A stretch of 64,000 nt of DNA from Vicinamibacteria bacterium (GTDB taxonomy: Bacteria > Acidobacteriota > Vicinamibacteria > Vicinamibacterales > UBA8438): positions 53,759 to 117,758 of the forward strand of contig CAUZDY010000004.1 of assembly GCA_963578805.1 (NCBI GenBank), read 5' to 3'. Below the pieces are notes generated by a model. It did no database searches and was not told the origin of the DNA. It saw nothing but the letters and a program-made list of their open reading frames with translations. How positions within the stretch are numbered: position 1 is the stretch's first letter; every line of letters begins with the position of its first letter. The position numbers and the translations under genes are program-made. This document shows, in pieces, positions 7,341-16,306 of this stretch.

Positions 7341-10018
7341 GACACCTCCCAATCATGTGCACACGTGCAACAAAACAGACGCTTACCAGCCACCGTCTGG
7401 ACACTGTCGAGCATCGATGGATCATCACACCCGCATTGAGGGCAAAAGAGTCTGGGGTCGGAGCTGGTCGGAGATCGGAGTTCCTTAGTCGCGAGTCGTT
7501 GGTCGCTGATCGTGGGGGGGCGGACCGACTCAATCGCCCGGCCCACGACTTCGCGTAGCCCTGCGATGTATCGCAACCCGAGCCGGATCGTGCCGTCGTC
7601 ATCCACCGTGCAATCCCAGTGCGAGTACTGGACGTCGATTCCAGCGAAACGCACCCCGTGGCGCTGGGCATCTTTGACGAGCGTCGCCGGACTGTAGAAC
7701 CCCATCGGCTGGTTGTTGAGTAACGCCGTATAGAACGCCGCTGGATAGTGGACCTTGAGATAGGCACTCGCATAGACCAGTAACGCAAAGCTGGCGGCAT
7801 GCGATTCAGGAAAGCCATACAACGCAAACGGCACAATCGATTGGACAACCTGCTCGATCGTCTCACCGGTAATCCCCTGCCGCTTCATCCCCTCGCGAAG
7901 CTTGGTCTCGATCTGCTTCATCCGACGCTTCGACCGCTTGAATCCCATTGCGCGGCGAAGCTCCTCTGCTTCCCCTCCGGTAAATCCAGCGGCCACCATC
8001 GCGATCCGTAACAACTGTTCTTGAAATAACGGCACCCCGAGGGTGCGCTTCAGAATCGGCTCGAGTGACGGATGGGGATACGTCACCGGCTCCCGGCCGG
8101 CTCGACGATGCAGATAGGGGTGCACCATCTGCCCCACAATCGGACCTGGGCGGATGATCGCTACTGCGACGACAATGTCATAGAACCGCTCGGGGCAAAA
8201 TCGTGGCAACATGGCCATCTGAGCGCGTGATTCCACCTGGAATACGCCAACGGTGTCAGCTTCTTGCAACATGCGATATACCTCCGGGTCATCGGGAGGC
8301 AGGTGTGCCAGATCGACCTTTGGTATCGGCGTGTTGATGAGGGTGATCGCTTCCTGGATCGCCGCCAGCATTCCCAACCCCAACAGGTCGACTTTGACGA
8401 TGCCCATATCGGCACAGTCATCTTTATCCCACTGCACGACGACCCGGTCCGGCATGCTCGCGTTTTCTAGCGGCACAACCTCATCGAGCCGCCCCTGGCA
8501 GATCACCATCCCTCCAGAGTGCTGACCGAGATGACGTGGTAGATCCTGGATCTGCTTCCAGAGATCTCCGAACGACTGTATCGTCGAATCAGTGAAATCG
8601 ACGCCAACCTCACGCAGACGCGTGTCCAGACGCTCGTCAGGATCGGTCCACTCAAAATTGTGCATCGCTTTCGCCAGTCGATCGATTTGCATGGATTCGA
8701 TCGATAACGCCTTTCCAACCTCACGAGCCGCGCTTCGACCTCGATAGGTGATGACGTTGGCCGTCATGCCGGCACCGAGTCGACCGTAGCGTTCGTACAC
8801 ATACTGGATGACCTGCTCGCGAAGTGCACCACTTGGCAGATCCAGATCGATGTCGGGCCACTCACCGCGTTCCTCTGACAAGAACCGCTCAAAAAGTAGT
8901 CCCATCCCAACAGGGTCGACAGCAGTAATGCCCAGGCTGTAACAAACCGAGCTATTGGCGGCTGACCCGCGACCTTGAACCAGGATGCCGTGCTGTCGAC
9001 AGTAATTGACAATGTCCCACACGATGAGAAAGTAGCCATCCAAGTCGAGTTTCTCGATCAGGTCGAGTTCCCGTTCCACTTGACGCCGTGCGCGGTCGCA
9101 ATACGGACGATATCGCTCCCGTGCACCAACCTCGGTGATCTTCCGAAGAAATGAGCTCATCGTTTCCTCGGAAGGCACCGGATACTTTGGCAAGCGATAT
9201 CCGAGATCTGCCATCGTGTAACTCAGGCGATCGGCAAGCTCACGCGTCGCCGTAACCGCATCTGGAAGATCCCGAAACAATGCGGCCATCACGGACGGTG
9301 GTTTCAGATACCGCTCAGCGTTTTGGTGAAGACGCCGGCCAACTCGAGCGAGTGTGGTCTTGTGACGGATACAGGTCAGCACGTCATAGAGTGGTCGGCT
9401 TGAGGTGTCCGCAAACCGCACGCCGTTTGTGGCAATCACCGGCACGTGATAGGCCGATGCCATCGCCCGAAGCGCGTGGTTGTCGTGCTCCTCCTCCCGG
9501 AGGAGATGTCGCTGAAGCTCGACATAAACCTGCGTGCGGCCAAACAACCCAAGCAACCGGTCGAGTACGCCGCCGACGCCGTAGCTATGTCCCATCAGCG
9601 CAGGGCGACCGACCAACGCGACCAGCCCAGTCGCATACCCATCGAGCTCTTCGAGTGCAAGCGCCCCTTCGCCTTTGGGTGCACCCAGTTTTATCCGAGT
9701 AATGAGACGACTGAGGTTTCGATATCCCTCTTGGGTTTCAACCAGCACAGGCAGATGCCACACCGCCGGAAGACAAGGCTGTGAACGTGTCCCCTGACTG
9801 GCCCCGTTCGCCCTGATTGTGAGTTCGCTTCCGATGATCGGTTTCACGCCGGCGGCCACGGCAGCTTTGTGAAACCTCGGAGCCCCATACACACCATCTC
9901 GATCAAGGAGAGCAAGCGCCGGATAATCCAAGACTGCGGCCCGCTCCACCAACGTTTCGGGCAGCGATGCGCCGTCGAGAAAGGAAAATGCCGAAGCGGC
10001 GTGGAGTTCGATATACAC
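7337..10018 (-). CDS. dnaE2: Error-prone DNA polymerase DnaE2, N-terminal part (PHP, polymerase core, first half of HhH, zinc ribbon)
   Basis: YIELHAASAFSFLDGAS PHP start, GRGSAANS, PDIDLD and KVDLLGLG catalytic motifs, FPESHA; ends CPQC...CCTCAHDWEVS*. Confidence 0.93.
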   Translation of the reverse strand: MYIELHAASAFSFLDGASLPETLVERAAVLDYPALALLDRDGVYGAPRFHKAAVAAGVKPIIGSELTIRANGASQGTRSQPCLPAVWHLPVLVETQEGYRNLSRLITRIKLGAPKGEGALALEELDGYATGLVALVGRPALMGHSYGVGGVLDRLLGLFGRTQVYVELQRHLLREEEHDNHALRAMASAYHVPVIATNGVRFADTSSRPLYDVLTCIRHKTTLARVGRRLHQNAERYLKPPSVMAALFRDLPDAVTATRELADRLSYTMADLGYRLPKYPVPSEETMSSFLRKITEVGARERYRPYCDRARRQVERELDLIEKLDLDGYFLIVWDIVNYCRQHGILVQGRGSAANSSVCYSLGITAVDPVGMGLLFERFLSEERGEWPDIDLDLPSGALREQVIQYVYERYGRLGAGMTANVITYRGRSAAREVGKALSIESMQIDRLAKAMHNFEWTDPDERLDTRLREVGVDFTDSTIQSFGDLWKQIQDLPRHLGQHSGGMVICQGRLDEVVPLENASMPDRVVVQWDKDDCADMGIVKVDLLGLGMLAAIQEAITLINTPIPKVDLAHLPPDDPEVYRMLQEADTVGVFQVESRAQMAMLPRFCPERFYDIVVAVAIIRPGPIVGQMVHPYLHRRAGREPVTYPHPSLEPILKRTLGVPLFQEQLLRIAMVAAGFTGGEAEELRRAMGFKRSKRRMKQIETKLREGMKRQGITGETIEQVVQSIVPFALYGFPESHAASFALLVYASAYLKVHYPAAFYTALLNNQPMGFYSPATLVKDAQRHGVRFAGIDVQYSHWDCTVDDDGTIRLGLRYIAGLREVVGRAIESVRPPTISDQRLATKELRSPTSSDPRLFCPQCGCDDPSMLDSVQTVAGKRLFCCTCAHDWEVS

Positions 10019-10029
10019 GCGCTCCCTCT

Positions 10030-11448
10030 CTAATCCATCAGTCCTTCGACAAACCAGCGCTTGGAAACTCGATCCCGAAAAATCCGATACACGCCGCCGT
10101 CGCTCAGCTCAACGTCCCATTCATCGTGGTCCCATACTGAATAGGACGGCATCCACCAACGCCCCGAGCTTCGCCATGGCCCGGCGCATGTGACTACCCG
10201 TCCATTCGCCGAGTTCGGCTGCAACGTCGACACTCGCACGGGGTATCCGTGCTCAACGGTCACCCGAGCCGATACCGGATGACGAAATCGACGAAGCACA
10301 GACAATAGACCTGTGCCAACCCGCGGCTGTTCGTGTTTGGGGGGATGAGACTTGGGGGCGAATGGGCACATCTCAAACACCCCAGGCTGGTGGGTATCGA
10401 CCAGTGCCGGTGACCCGCAACGCTGGTCCCCCATCAAGACCGTCAACCGAACCAGTAATGTCGATAGACTTTCCGCAGACGGAACAGCCCTTTCTAACAG
10501 AGAGAACTGCCGTGTCCGCGCAGGGACCGGGTCGGCCACGACTGTCACGCGGTCGATTCCGGTCGATGGTGGATGTGCGTCCAGGTCGAGAAGGATGAGT
10601 GTTCGTAAGACGTTCGGGTCGCTGACCGCCGTCGGAAATCGTAATGTGCGTTCATGGGTCTGGCGTGACACCAACGTCAATCGGACACGCAGCCTCTCGG
10701 CGGCTACCCCACGCTTCTTGAGATGCGCACACAGCGGATCGAGTACCCGGCCGAGTACAAATGACAGAAGTTCGAGACCTTCGATCGGCCACTCAAGTGT
10801 CACCGTCTCCTCGAACCGTTCTGCCACTGCCTCTGGGACAAGCGGCCGACTATCCTCGCCACGTGCGATCCTCTGGAACTCCAGGCCACCGTGGCCCAAT
10901 CGGCTGAACAGTTCGTTCGCTGGCAGAGCCGCAAGCTCACCAAGCGTTCTGACCCCCCAGCGCTGCACCACAGGCAACAACATGAGCACTGATACGACAC
11001 GTGAAGACAATGCAACCGAACCCACGGTACGCTCGGAACTTGACCGACGTGTTCGTATCGGTCTACCCAGAATGCTGGTCTGCGCTTTTGAAAGCTGCTT
11101 TACAACTGAAATCGGCAAAGTCGACAGCGCCTCGGCCTCAGCGTGTGATGGAATAATCGTAAGCTCGCACCGTCCCTGTGTCGCCAGCAAGGCCGCCATT
11201 TTCGTCCCAGCAACGGCGACGCGTATACCAAGGTCCCGCTCAGCAGCAACGCGTCGCAATCGCTCACCCATCTCACGTGGGGGACCCCACACATGTTTCA
11301 GCCCATGTACATCCATCACGACAAGGTCTGGACCATGCACCTCGACTCGTGGCGAGTGCTCGTGTGCAAGGTGTACGAGTGTATTTATGAGATCCAATCC
11401 GGAACGAGAAGTGGTGGAACGTGGTGGGTGGTAGAGACAGGCGAACAT
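10030..11448 (-). CDS. imuB: ImuB-like catalytically inactive Y-family polymerase
   Basis: SPRVE, WGVRTLGELAALP, C-terminal GPWRSSGRWW...DEWDVEL; lies between an imuA-like gene and dnaE2; start set to MFACLY. Confidence 0.85.
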   Translation of the reverse strand: MFACLYHPPRSTTSRSGLDLINTLVHLAHEHSPRVEVHGPDLVVMDVHGLKHVWGPPREMGERLRRVAAERDLGIRVAVAGTKMAALLATQGRCELTIIPSHAEAEALSTLPISVVKQLSKAQTSILGRPIRTRRSSSERTVGSVALSSRVVSVLMLLPVVQRWGVRTLGELAALPANELFSRLGHGGLEFQRIARGEDSRPLVPEAVAERFEETVTLEWPIEGLELLSFVLGRVLDPLCAHLKKRGVAAERLRVRLTLVSRQTHERTLRFPTAVSDPNVLRTLILLDLDAHPPSTGIDRVTVVADPVPARTRQFSLLERAVPSAESLSTLLVRLTVLMGDQRCGSPALVDTHQPGVFEMCPFAPKSHPPKHEQPRVGTGLLSVLRRFRHPVSARVTVEHGYPVRVSTLQPNSANGRVVTCAGPWRSSGRWWMPSYSVWDHDEWDVELSDGGVYRIFRDRVSKRWFVEGLMD

Positions 11449-11454
11449 GGGAGA

Positions 11455-11517
11455 GAGAATCGTGGGTTGTGGGTTAAAAGTGGTGAGTCGTGGGTCGTGA
11501 GTCGTGAGTTTTGAGTC
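11455..11517. repeat. Degenerate heptamer tandem repeat (about 9 units, consensus GTGAGTC)
   Basis: gagaatc gtgggtt gtgggtt aaaagtg gtgagtc gtgggtc gtgagtc gtgagtt ttgagtc in register. Confidence 0.8.
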
Positions 11518-12214
11518 GAAGCTGATAACTGGGATAACGTGTCGACTCCACACGCGTATCAATGTCTATTCCGCGAAATACTCGGTTTTGCGTTGCGTCA
11601 CCTGACCATTGCGTTGAGCGAGACACCCCAAGAACGATCGAATGACCACCGGCGCTCCTGCCCATTGCTGTAGAGGCAACGACGATTCCAATCGTCTCAC
11701 TCCCCTTGATGGCACGCGCTAGTCGTAACCAGGTTGTAAACGGCAAACGCCGGAGAGCCTGCGCCGGAGCCTCTGCAAAATCAACTGCGATGACACCAAA
11801 TCGATCGGTCTGCGTGACAAGACCTACCGCTTTGACAGCCTGGTCGATACAGTGAAAGGCCATTCGTGGTGCACTCTGGCGTCCGCGGACCCAGAGCACA
11901 CGAGACAAGTCGACCCCAGCCGCCTGGCTCGATACCGGGTCGAAGTTGTCGAACGTATCGATAAGCGCTACGGCCTCGCCTCGGTCGGTGGCGGCTGCAA
12001 TGACTGCGGCCAGCACACTTGTCCGCCCAGATGAAGGGGGACCGACAACTTCGGAAAGATGTCCCCGAGCAAGCCCCCCACCCAGAGATTTATCGAGTTC
12101 ACTCACGCCTGTCGTGGCCAAGCGCTCCACAGGTAACAGACGCGAGGAAACGAGTGAATCGCCGAGGCTCTTTGCGTGTAGTAGAGACTCAAGTTTGGCT
12201 ATATTTGTGTTCAT
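11474..12214 (-). CDS. imuA: ImuA-like RecA/RadA-fold protein
   Basis: TGVSELDKSLGGGLARGHLSEVVGPPSSGRTS (Walker A with K to R), AGVDLSRVLWVR; first gene of cassette. Confidence 0.82.
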   Translation of the reverse strand: MNTNIAKLESLLHAKSLGDSLVSSRLLPVERLATTGVSELDKSLGGGLARGHLSEVVGPPSSGRTSVLAAVIAAATDRGEAVALIDTFDNFDPVSSQAAGVDLSRVLWVRGRQSAPRMAFHCIDQAVKAVGLVTQTDRFGVIAVDFAEAPAQALRRLPFTTWLRLARAIKGSETIGIVVASTAMGRSAGGHSIVLGVSRSTQWSGDATQNRVFRGIDIDTRVESTRYPSYQLRLKTHDSRPTTHHF

Positions 12215-12261
12215 TTCGCTTTTTGTTCGCCTATTGTATCTAAGCTCAGCAGGTTGGTCAA
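12214..12261 (-). promoter_or_regulatory. Sigma70 promoter with overlapping LexA (SOS)-like box
   Basis: Minus strand TTGACC (12261-12256), 17 nt, TACAAT (12238-12233); then GAAC-N7-GAAA (12228-12214), one mismatch from the GAAC-N7-GAAC LexA box of Alphaproteobacteria/Acidobacteria. Confidence 0.75.
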
Positions 12262-12297
12262 TCTCCAACAGCGGCCTGCTAAAATGAACAAGAGGAC

Positions 12298-12672
12298 GTG
12301 ATGTTCTTCGAACTCGTCAACATCTTGTTACGCAGATTCAAACTCCGATGCCCATGCTGTGGTCACGGGCATCTTTTCCAAACGACGTTTCGACTCCGCG
12401 TCCGGTGCGAGGCCTGCGGCGAACGGTTCGAACGTGAGCCAGGTCAGTGGTTCGGCGCCGTCTATGTGAATCTTCTACTCACACTCGTGCTACCGGTTGT
12501 CGGATTCACCGTGACACAAACCCTTACCTCACTCTCGATGTCTCAACAGATTGGAATCTGGACGCCTGTTGCCGCACTCGGGCCGCTGGCGTTCTATCGA
12601 CTCTCGCAAGGGCGCTGGACCAGCATCGTCTTCCTCGGAGAAGGGCTGTACCTTCCTTGGCCAAACCGGTAG
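12298..12672 (+). CDS. DUF983 family membrane protein
   Basis: RCPCCGHGHLF...CEACG then two TM helices. Confidence 0.85.
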   Translation: MMFFELVNILLRRFKLRCPCCGHGHLFQTTFRLRVRCEACGERFEREPGQWFGAVYVNLLLTLVLPVVGFTVTQTLTSLSMSQQIGIWTPVAALGPLAFYRLSQGRWTSIVFLGEGLYLPWPNR

Positions 12673-13931
12673 ACGATATTCAGAGCACCTCCCCTGATCC
12701 CATAGCGACACACGCTACCCCGGCATCGGCCGGTGGACGGATCCTTCGACGTCTTGCGGCGGCGTTTGCGTTTCCCGATTTCCGCAACCTCTGGCTCGCC
12801 GCCTTCACGTCAGCTGTAGGAACGTGGATGCAGCGATTCGCGCAACAGTGGCTGATCCTCACTCTGACCGGCTCAGCCTTTCTTCTGGGTCTTGACTCAT
12901 TTCTCGGAGAGCTTCCTCTATTGCTCTTCACGCTCATTGGCGGCGTGATCGCCGACCGCCACGACCGACGCCAACTCCTAATCGCCTCGCAGACGATCCA
13001 AATGCTCTGCGCCTTGATCTTGACAGGATTGGTCTTCTTTGACGTCGTCCAGATTCACTACATCCTGGCTCTGTCTTTCCTAACCGGGACAGCACAGGCC
13101 TTCGGTGGCCCGGCATTTCAGTCGATGATCCCATCGTTGGTACCACGTTCGACTCTGCCAAACGCTATTGCGCTGAATTCCGTTCAGTTCAACCTAGCTC
13201 AGATGGTCGGGCCGCTAATTGGAGGCGGTGTGCTCGTGGCACTGGGTATGACGGTCTGCTTCGGACTCAACAGCGTGTCGTTTCTTGCCGTCATCATCGT
13301 CTTGAGCCTGATGCGTTTTCCGACACCCACGACTGACACCCGGCAACGCCTTATGGTCGAGCTCAAAAGTGGTCTATCGTTCGTTCGTCGCCAGCCTGCG
13401 CTGCTGGCGTTGACTGTACTAGCGATGGCGACCACGACCCTTGGAGTGCCAGTCCGCGCCTTCCTCCCGATCTTCGCCGACGACGCCGCACACCTGAGCC
13501 GGATGATGGCCGCGCTTGGAGGCGGCGCCGTGGCGGGGGCCTTTACGGTCGCATGGCTCGGAAAGTTCCAGCACATGGGCCGAACCCTGCTCGTCGTGCA
13601 GGTCGCGTTCGGGGGGTTGGTCACGACGTTTGCGTCGCTACCGATCACGAGCCTGAGCTACGTAATTCTTTTTTTTGCGGGGTCAACGCTGCTGGTGGTG
13701 TTCGCGCTCACCAACTCACTGGTGCAGTTGGCGGTCCCCAATGAGTTAAGGGGCCGCGTGCTGAGCATCTATATGATGGCATTCCGGGGCGGCATGCCAC
13801 TCGGGAGTCTCATCAGCGGCTACTTCATCGCACTGTCATCCGAACAGGTCGTGATCGCAGTCAATGGCCTACTGCTGTCAACTGTGGCGTGCTACTTCCT
13901 GATTCGTAGCCATGGAGTAAGGGAGCTGTAG
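12447..13931 (+). CDS. MFS transporter (MFS_3/DUF894-like); true start probably near 12657-12740
   Basis: FRNLW...S.VGTWMQ, GGVIADRHDRR motif A, about 12 TM helices; ORF-track start overlaps the DUF983 gene. Confidence 0.88.
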   Translation: MVRRRLCESSTHTRATGCRIHRDTNPYLTLDVSTDWNLDACCRTRAAGVLSTLARALDQHRLPRRRAVPSLAKPVDDIQSTSPDPIATHATPASAGGRILRRLAAAFAFPDFRNLWLAAFTSAVGTWMQRFAQQWLILTLTGSAFLLGLDSFLGELPLLLFTLIGGVIADRHDRRQLLIASQTIQMLCALILTGLVFFDVVQIHYILALSFLTGTAQAFGGPAFQSMIPSLVPRSTLPNAIALNSVQFNLAQMVGPLIGGGVLVALGMTVCFGLNSVSFLAVIIVLSLMRFPTPTTDTRQRLMVELKSGLSFVRRQPALLALTVLAMATTTLGVPVRAFLPIFADDAAHLSRMMAALGGGAVAGAFTVAWLGKFQHMGRTLLVVQVAFGGLVTTFASLPITSLSYVILFFAGSTLLVVFALTNSLVQLAVPNELRGRVLSIYMMAFRGGMPLGSLISGYFIALSSEQVVIAVNGLLLSTVACYFLIRSHGVREL

Positions 13932-13975
13932 GGCACGAGAAGTCGAAGAGACAGGACACGTTCGGCTGACTCGCA

Positions 13976-15013
13976 TCAATCCCTCACCAGCGCTCTCCAC
14001 TCAAACTCCCACCGCAGCGGCACCCGGGCCGGCAGGTAGCAGATCTCGGAATCACACGCCTGGTAATCGAGCGTGCCTTCGATGATCAGGGGATCACCAG
14101 TCTGGGCCAACTCGCTAGTCTCATCGTTCATAGAAATCGTGATCTCCTGGACAAACGTAAATGGCGCCTCATAGACGGAAACCGTTTCGCGCAGCGGCTC
14201 GAAACGGTAAGGCGTCGAGACCGGGTAGACGGCGGCCTGTTGTTGGATGAACTCCGGTGTGTCCAGACGGAGGCGGATCACCTGATACGTGTGGTCGCCA
14301 GGAGCATAGACATGCATCTCGGTCTTTGGCATCACGTCAACAATGAGCGAAAAGCGATTACCCGGTGCGACGACAGTATCACTGGCGTATGACACCAACT
14401 CCAAATGGTCGGTCTCCACCCGGGTCGCATCGCGATCCTGTCCGGTGATCGAATCGCCAAGCCGTAAAGCGAAGCTCGAGACGGTCAACCTCTCCTGATA
14501 CCTAGGTTCAAAAACGCGGTCGACGACGCGACCTGAAGGGTCCAGAATGAAGGTGCCTGGATACGGAATTCCGGATACCCGGGTGCCCTCGGCTTCGCGG
14601 TTAAGAATGCCGTACCGCTGAATAACCACCGACCCAACATCGGAGAGCAACGAAAAGTCGATTCCCCACCGGTCGGAGAAAACCCTTAGGGTCTCTTGAG
14701 GATCATACAGAATGGCAGCAACGCCGAACCCCTGAGCCCGTAGCGCGTCACGACGACTTTGCAGCTCCACGAGCTGCGTTTTACAGTACGGTCACCAATC
14801 GACCGAGCGACTGAAATAAAGCCAGAGTCCGTTCGGACCCATGAGCGACTCCAAGTTGTGCTGTTGGCCGTATTGGTCCGTGAGCGAGAACGTCGGAACA
14901 TGCTCTCCGACCTGGGGGCCCAACTGGGACACGTCCGGTACTGGTGCCTGGACCGACACGACCGTGCCGAGCAGAACAACCAGGGTTGCCGTGTGAACGA
15001 GTTTACAAATCAT
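13976..15013 (-). CDS. Secreted selenoprotein: AhpC/TSA (thioredoxin-fold) UxxC domain fused to a DsbD N-terminal-like domain
   Basis: ORFs 14792..15046 and 13976..14770 share a frame; junction TGG TGA CCG TAC TGT reads W-U-P-Y-C; signal peptide; C-terminal YQACDSEICYLP. Confidence 0.85.
14761..14777 (-). promoter_or_regulatory. Candidate bacterial SECIS hairpin
   Basis: GCAGCTC-GTG-GAGCTGC starting 14 nt after the in-frame TGA. Confidence 0.65.
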
Positions 15014-15168
15014 TGACCGATAAGACGCGGCGAGAACACTCCACAAGTGTCACCGCGTCTCGACTATCGTAGCAAACACGAATGTCAAACACCTACTCGT
15101 GACACGGGCCACACCCCGCGTCGCTGCCCATTACTGCCATCGCCTGACGATCGACACCAGAGACAACC

Positions 15169-16302
15169 GTGAAACAGCTGGTAGCCCTCTTCCTACGGCT
15201 CGGGATTACCGCCTTCGGCGGCCCGGCGGCCCACATTGCAATGATGCGGGACGAGGTCGTCGACCGACGGCACTGGATGACCGATTCGGAGTTTCTCGAT
15301 CTCTTGGCAGTCACCAATCTCATCCCGGGACCGAATTCGACCGAGATGGCTCTTCACATCGGCTACAAGCGCGGTGGGCTCCCTGGCCTACTCACCGCTG
15401 GGGCTTGTTTCATCGTCCCGGCCTGTCTTCTAGTGATGATGATCGCCTGGGGATACACGCGCTACGGAGACACGCCTCAGGTCGCGTGGCTGACGTATGG
15501 AGTGGGCCCGGTCATCATCGCGATCATCCTGCAGGCAGTTGGGAAGCTCACACGCAGTGTGAGCGGAGGGATCACATCAACGGTCATCGGTCTAGCGGCG
15601 ACCGCGCTAGCCATCGGCGGCGTTAACGAACTCACACTTCTTGCCGGAGGCGGAATCGTCGCCTTGGTAGCTCGTCGCGTAGCACGCGCCACGGTGGCGG
15701 GCATCTTCGTCATGCTAACGGTGTCCGCCGCGACTGTCTGTGGGGCAACTCTGGCCGCCGCGACGGCGGTCCCGGTGACCCTGACCCGACTCACGTTGTT
15801 CTTCCTCAAGGTCGGTTCAATTCTGTTTGGTAGCGGCTATGTGCTACTAGCGTTTCTCCGAGCGGACCTGACCGAACGATGGTCGTGGCTTACGGAGCAG
15901 CAGCTAATCGATGCGGTCACGGTCGGACAGATGACGCCGGGCCCGGTGTTCACGACGGCCACGTTCATCGGCTTCCTGCTCGGCGGATGGAGCGGCGCCG
16001 TCCTAGCCACTCTTGCGATTTTTGCGCCCGGTTTCATCTTTGTCGCCGTGACCCATCCGCTGATCGGACGCTTGCGCGCGTCCGCGCTCGCGAGCGACCT
16101 GGTCGACGGCGTGGCGGCCGCATCGCTCGGCCTCATGGTCGCGGTCACGTGGCACCTTGGACGCGCCGCAATCGTCGACCTGCCGACGGCGGCCCTGCTC
16201 GTGGCGTCTGGAACGACTCTGACGGTCTGGCGTCCCAATTCAACTTGGCTAATCGTCAGCGGCGCCGTCCTCGGCTGGGTGCTGCGCGGAGGGCAAGGGT
16301 AG
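15169..16302 (+). CDS. chrA: Chromate efflux transporter (long-chain CHR family)
   Basis: AFGGPAAHI, IPGPNSTE, FGSGYVL, TPGPVFTTATFIG. Confidence 0.92.
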   Translation: MKQLVALFLRLGITAFGGPAAHIAMMRDEVVDRRHWMTDSEFLDLLAVTNLIPGPNSTEMALHIGYKRGGLPGLLTAGACFIVPACLLVMMIAWGYTRYGDTPQVAWLTYGVGPVIIAIILQAVGKLTRSVSGGITSTVIGLAATALAIGGVNELTLLAGGGIVALVARRVARATVAGIFVMLTVSAATVCGATLAAATAVPVTLTRLTLFFLKVGSILFGSGYVLLAFLRADLTERWSWLTEQQLIDAVTVGQMTPGPVFTTATFIGFLLGGWSGAVLATLAIFAPGFIFVAVTHPLIGRLRASALASDLVDGVAAASLGLMVAVTWHLGRAAIVDLPTAALLVASGTTLTVWRPNSTWLIVSGAVLGWVLRGGQG

Positions 16303-16306
16303 CCTG

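Noticed and set aside
7300-7530. Split intein in dnaE2
   Set aside because: No intein blocks on the N-part and no His-Asn/Cys(Ser,Thr) junction on the C-part.
10352-11434. Long antisense ORFs (360 aa here, 317 aa at 20610-21563 and others)
   Set aside because: Shadow ORFs opposite well-supported genes in GC-rich DNA, with no motifs.
4287-13974. Shared 13-mer TCGGCTGACTCGC near two gene ends
   Set aside because: A single 13-nt match is expected by chance in 64 kb and the orientations differ.
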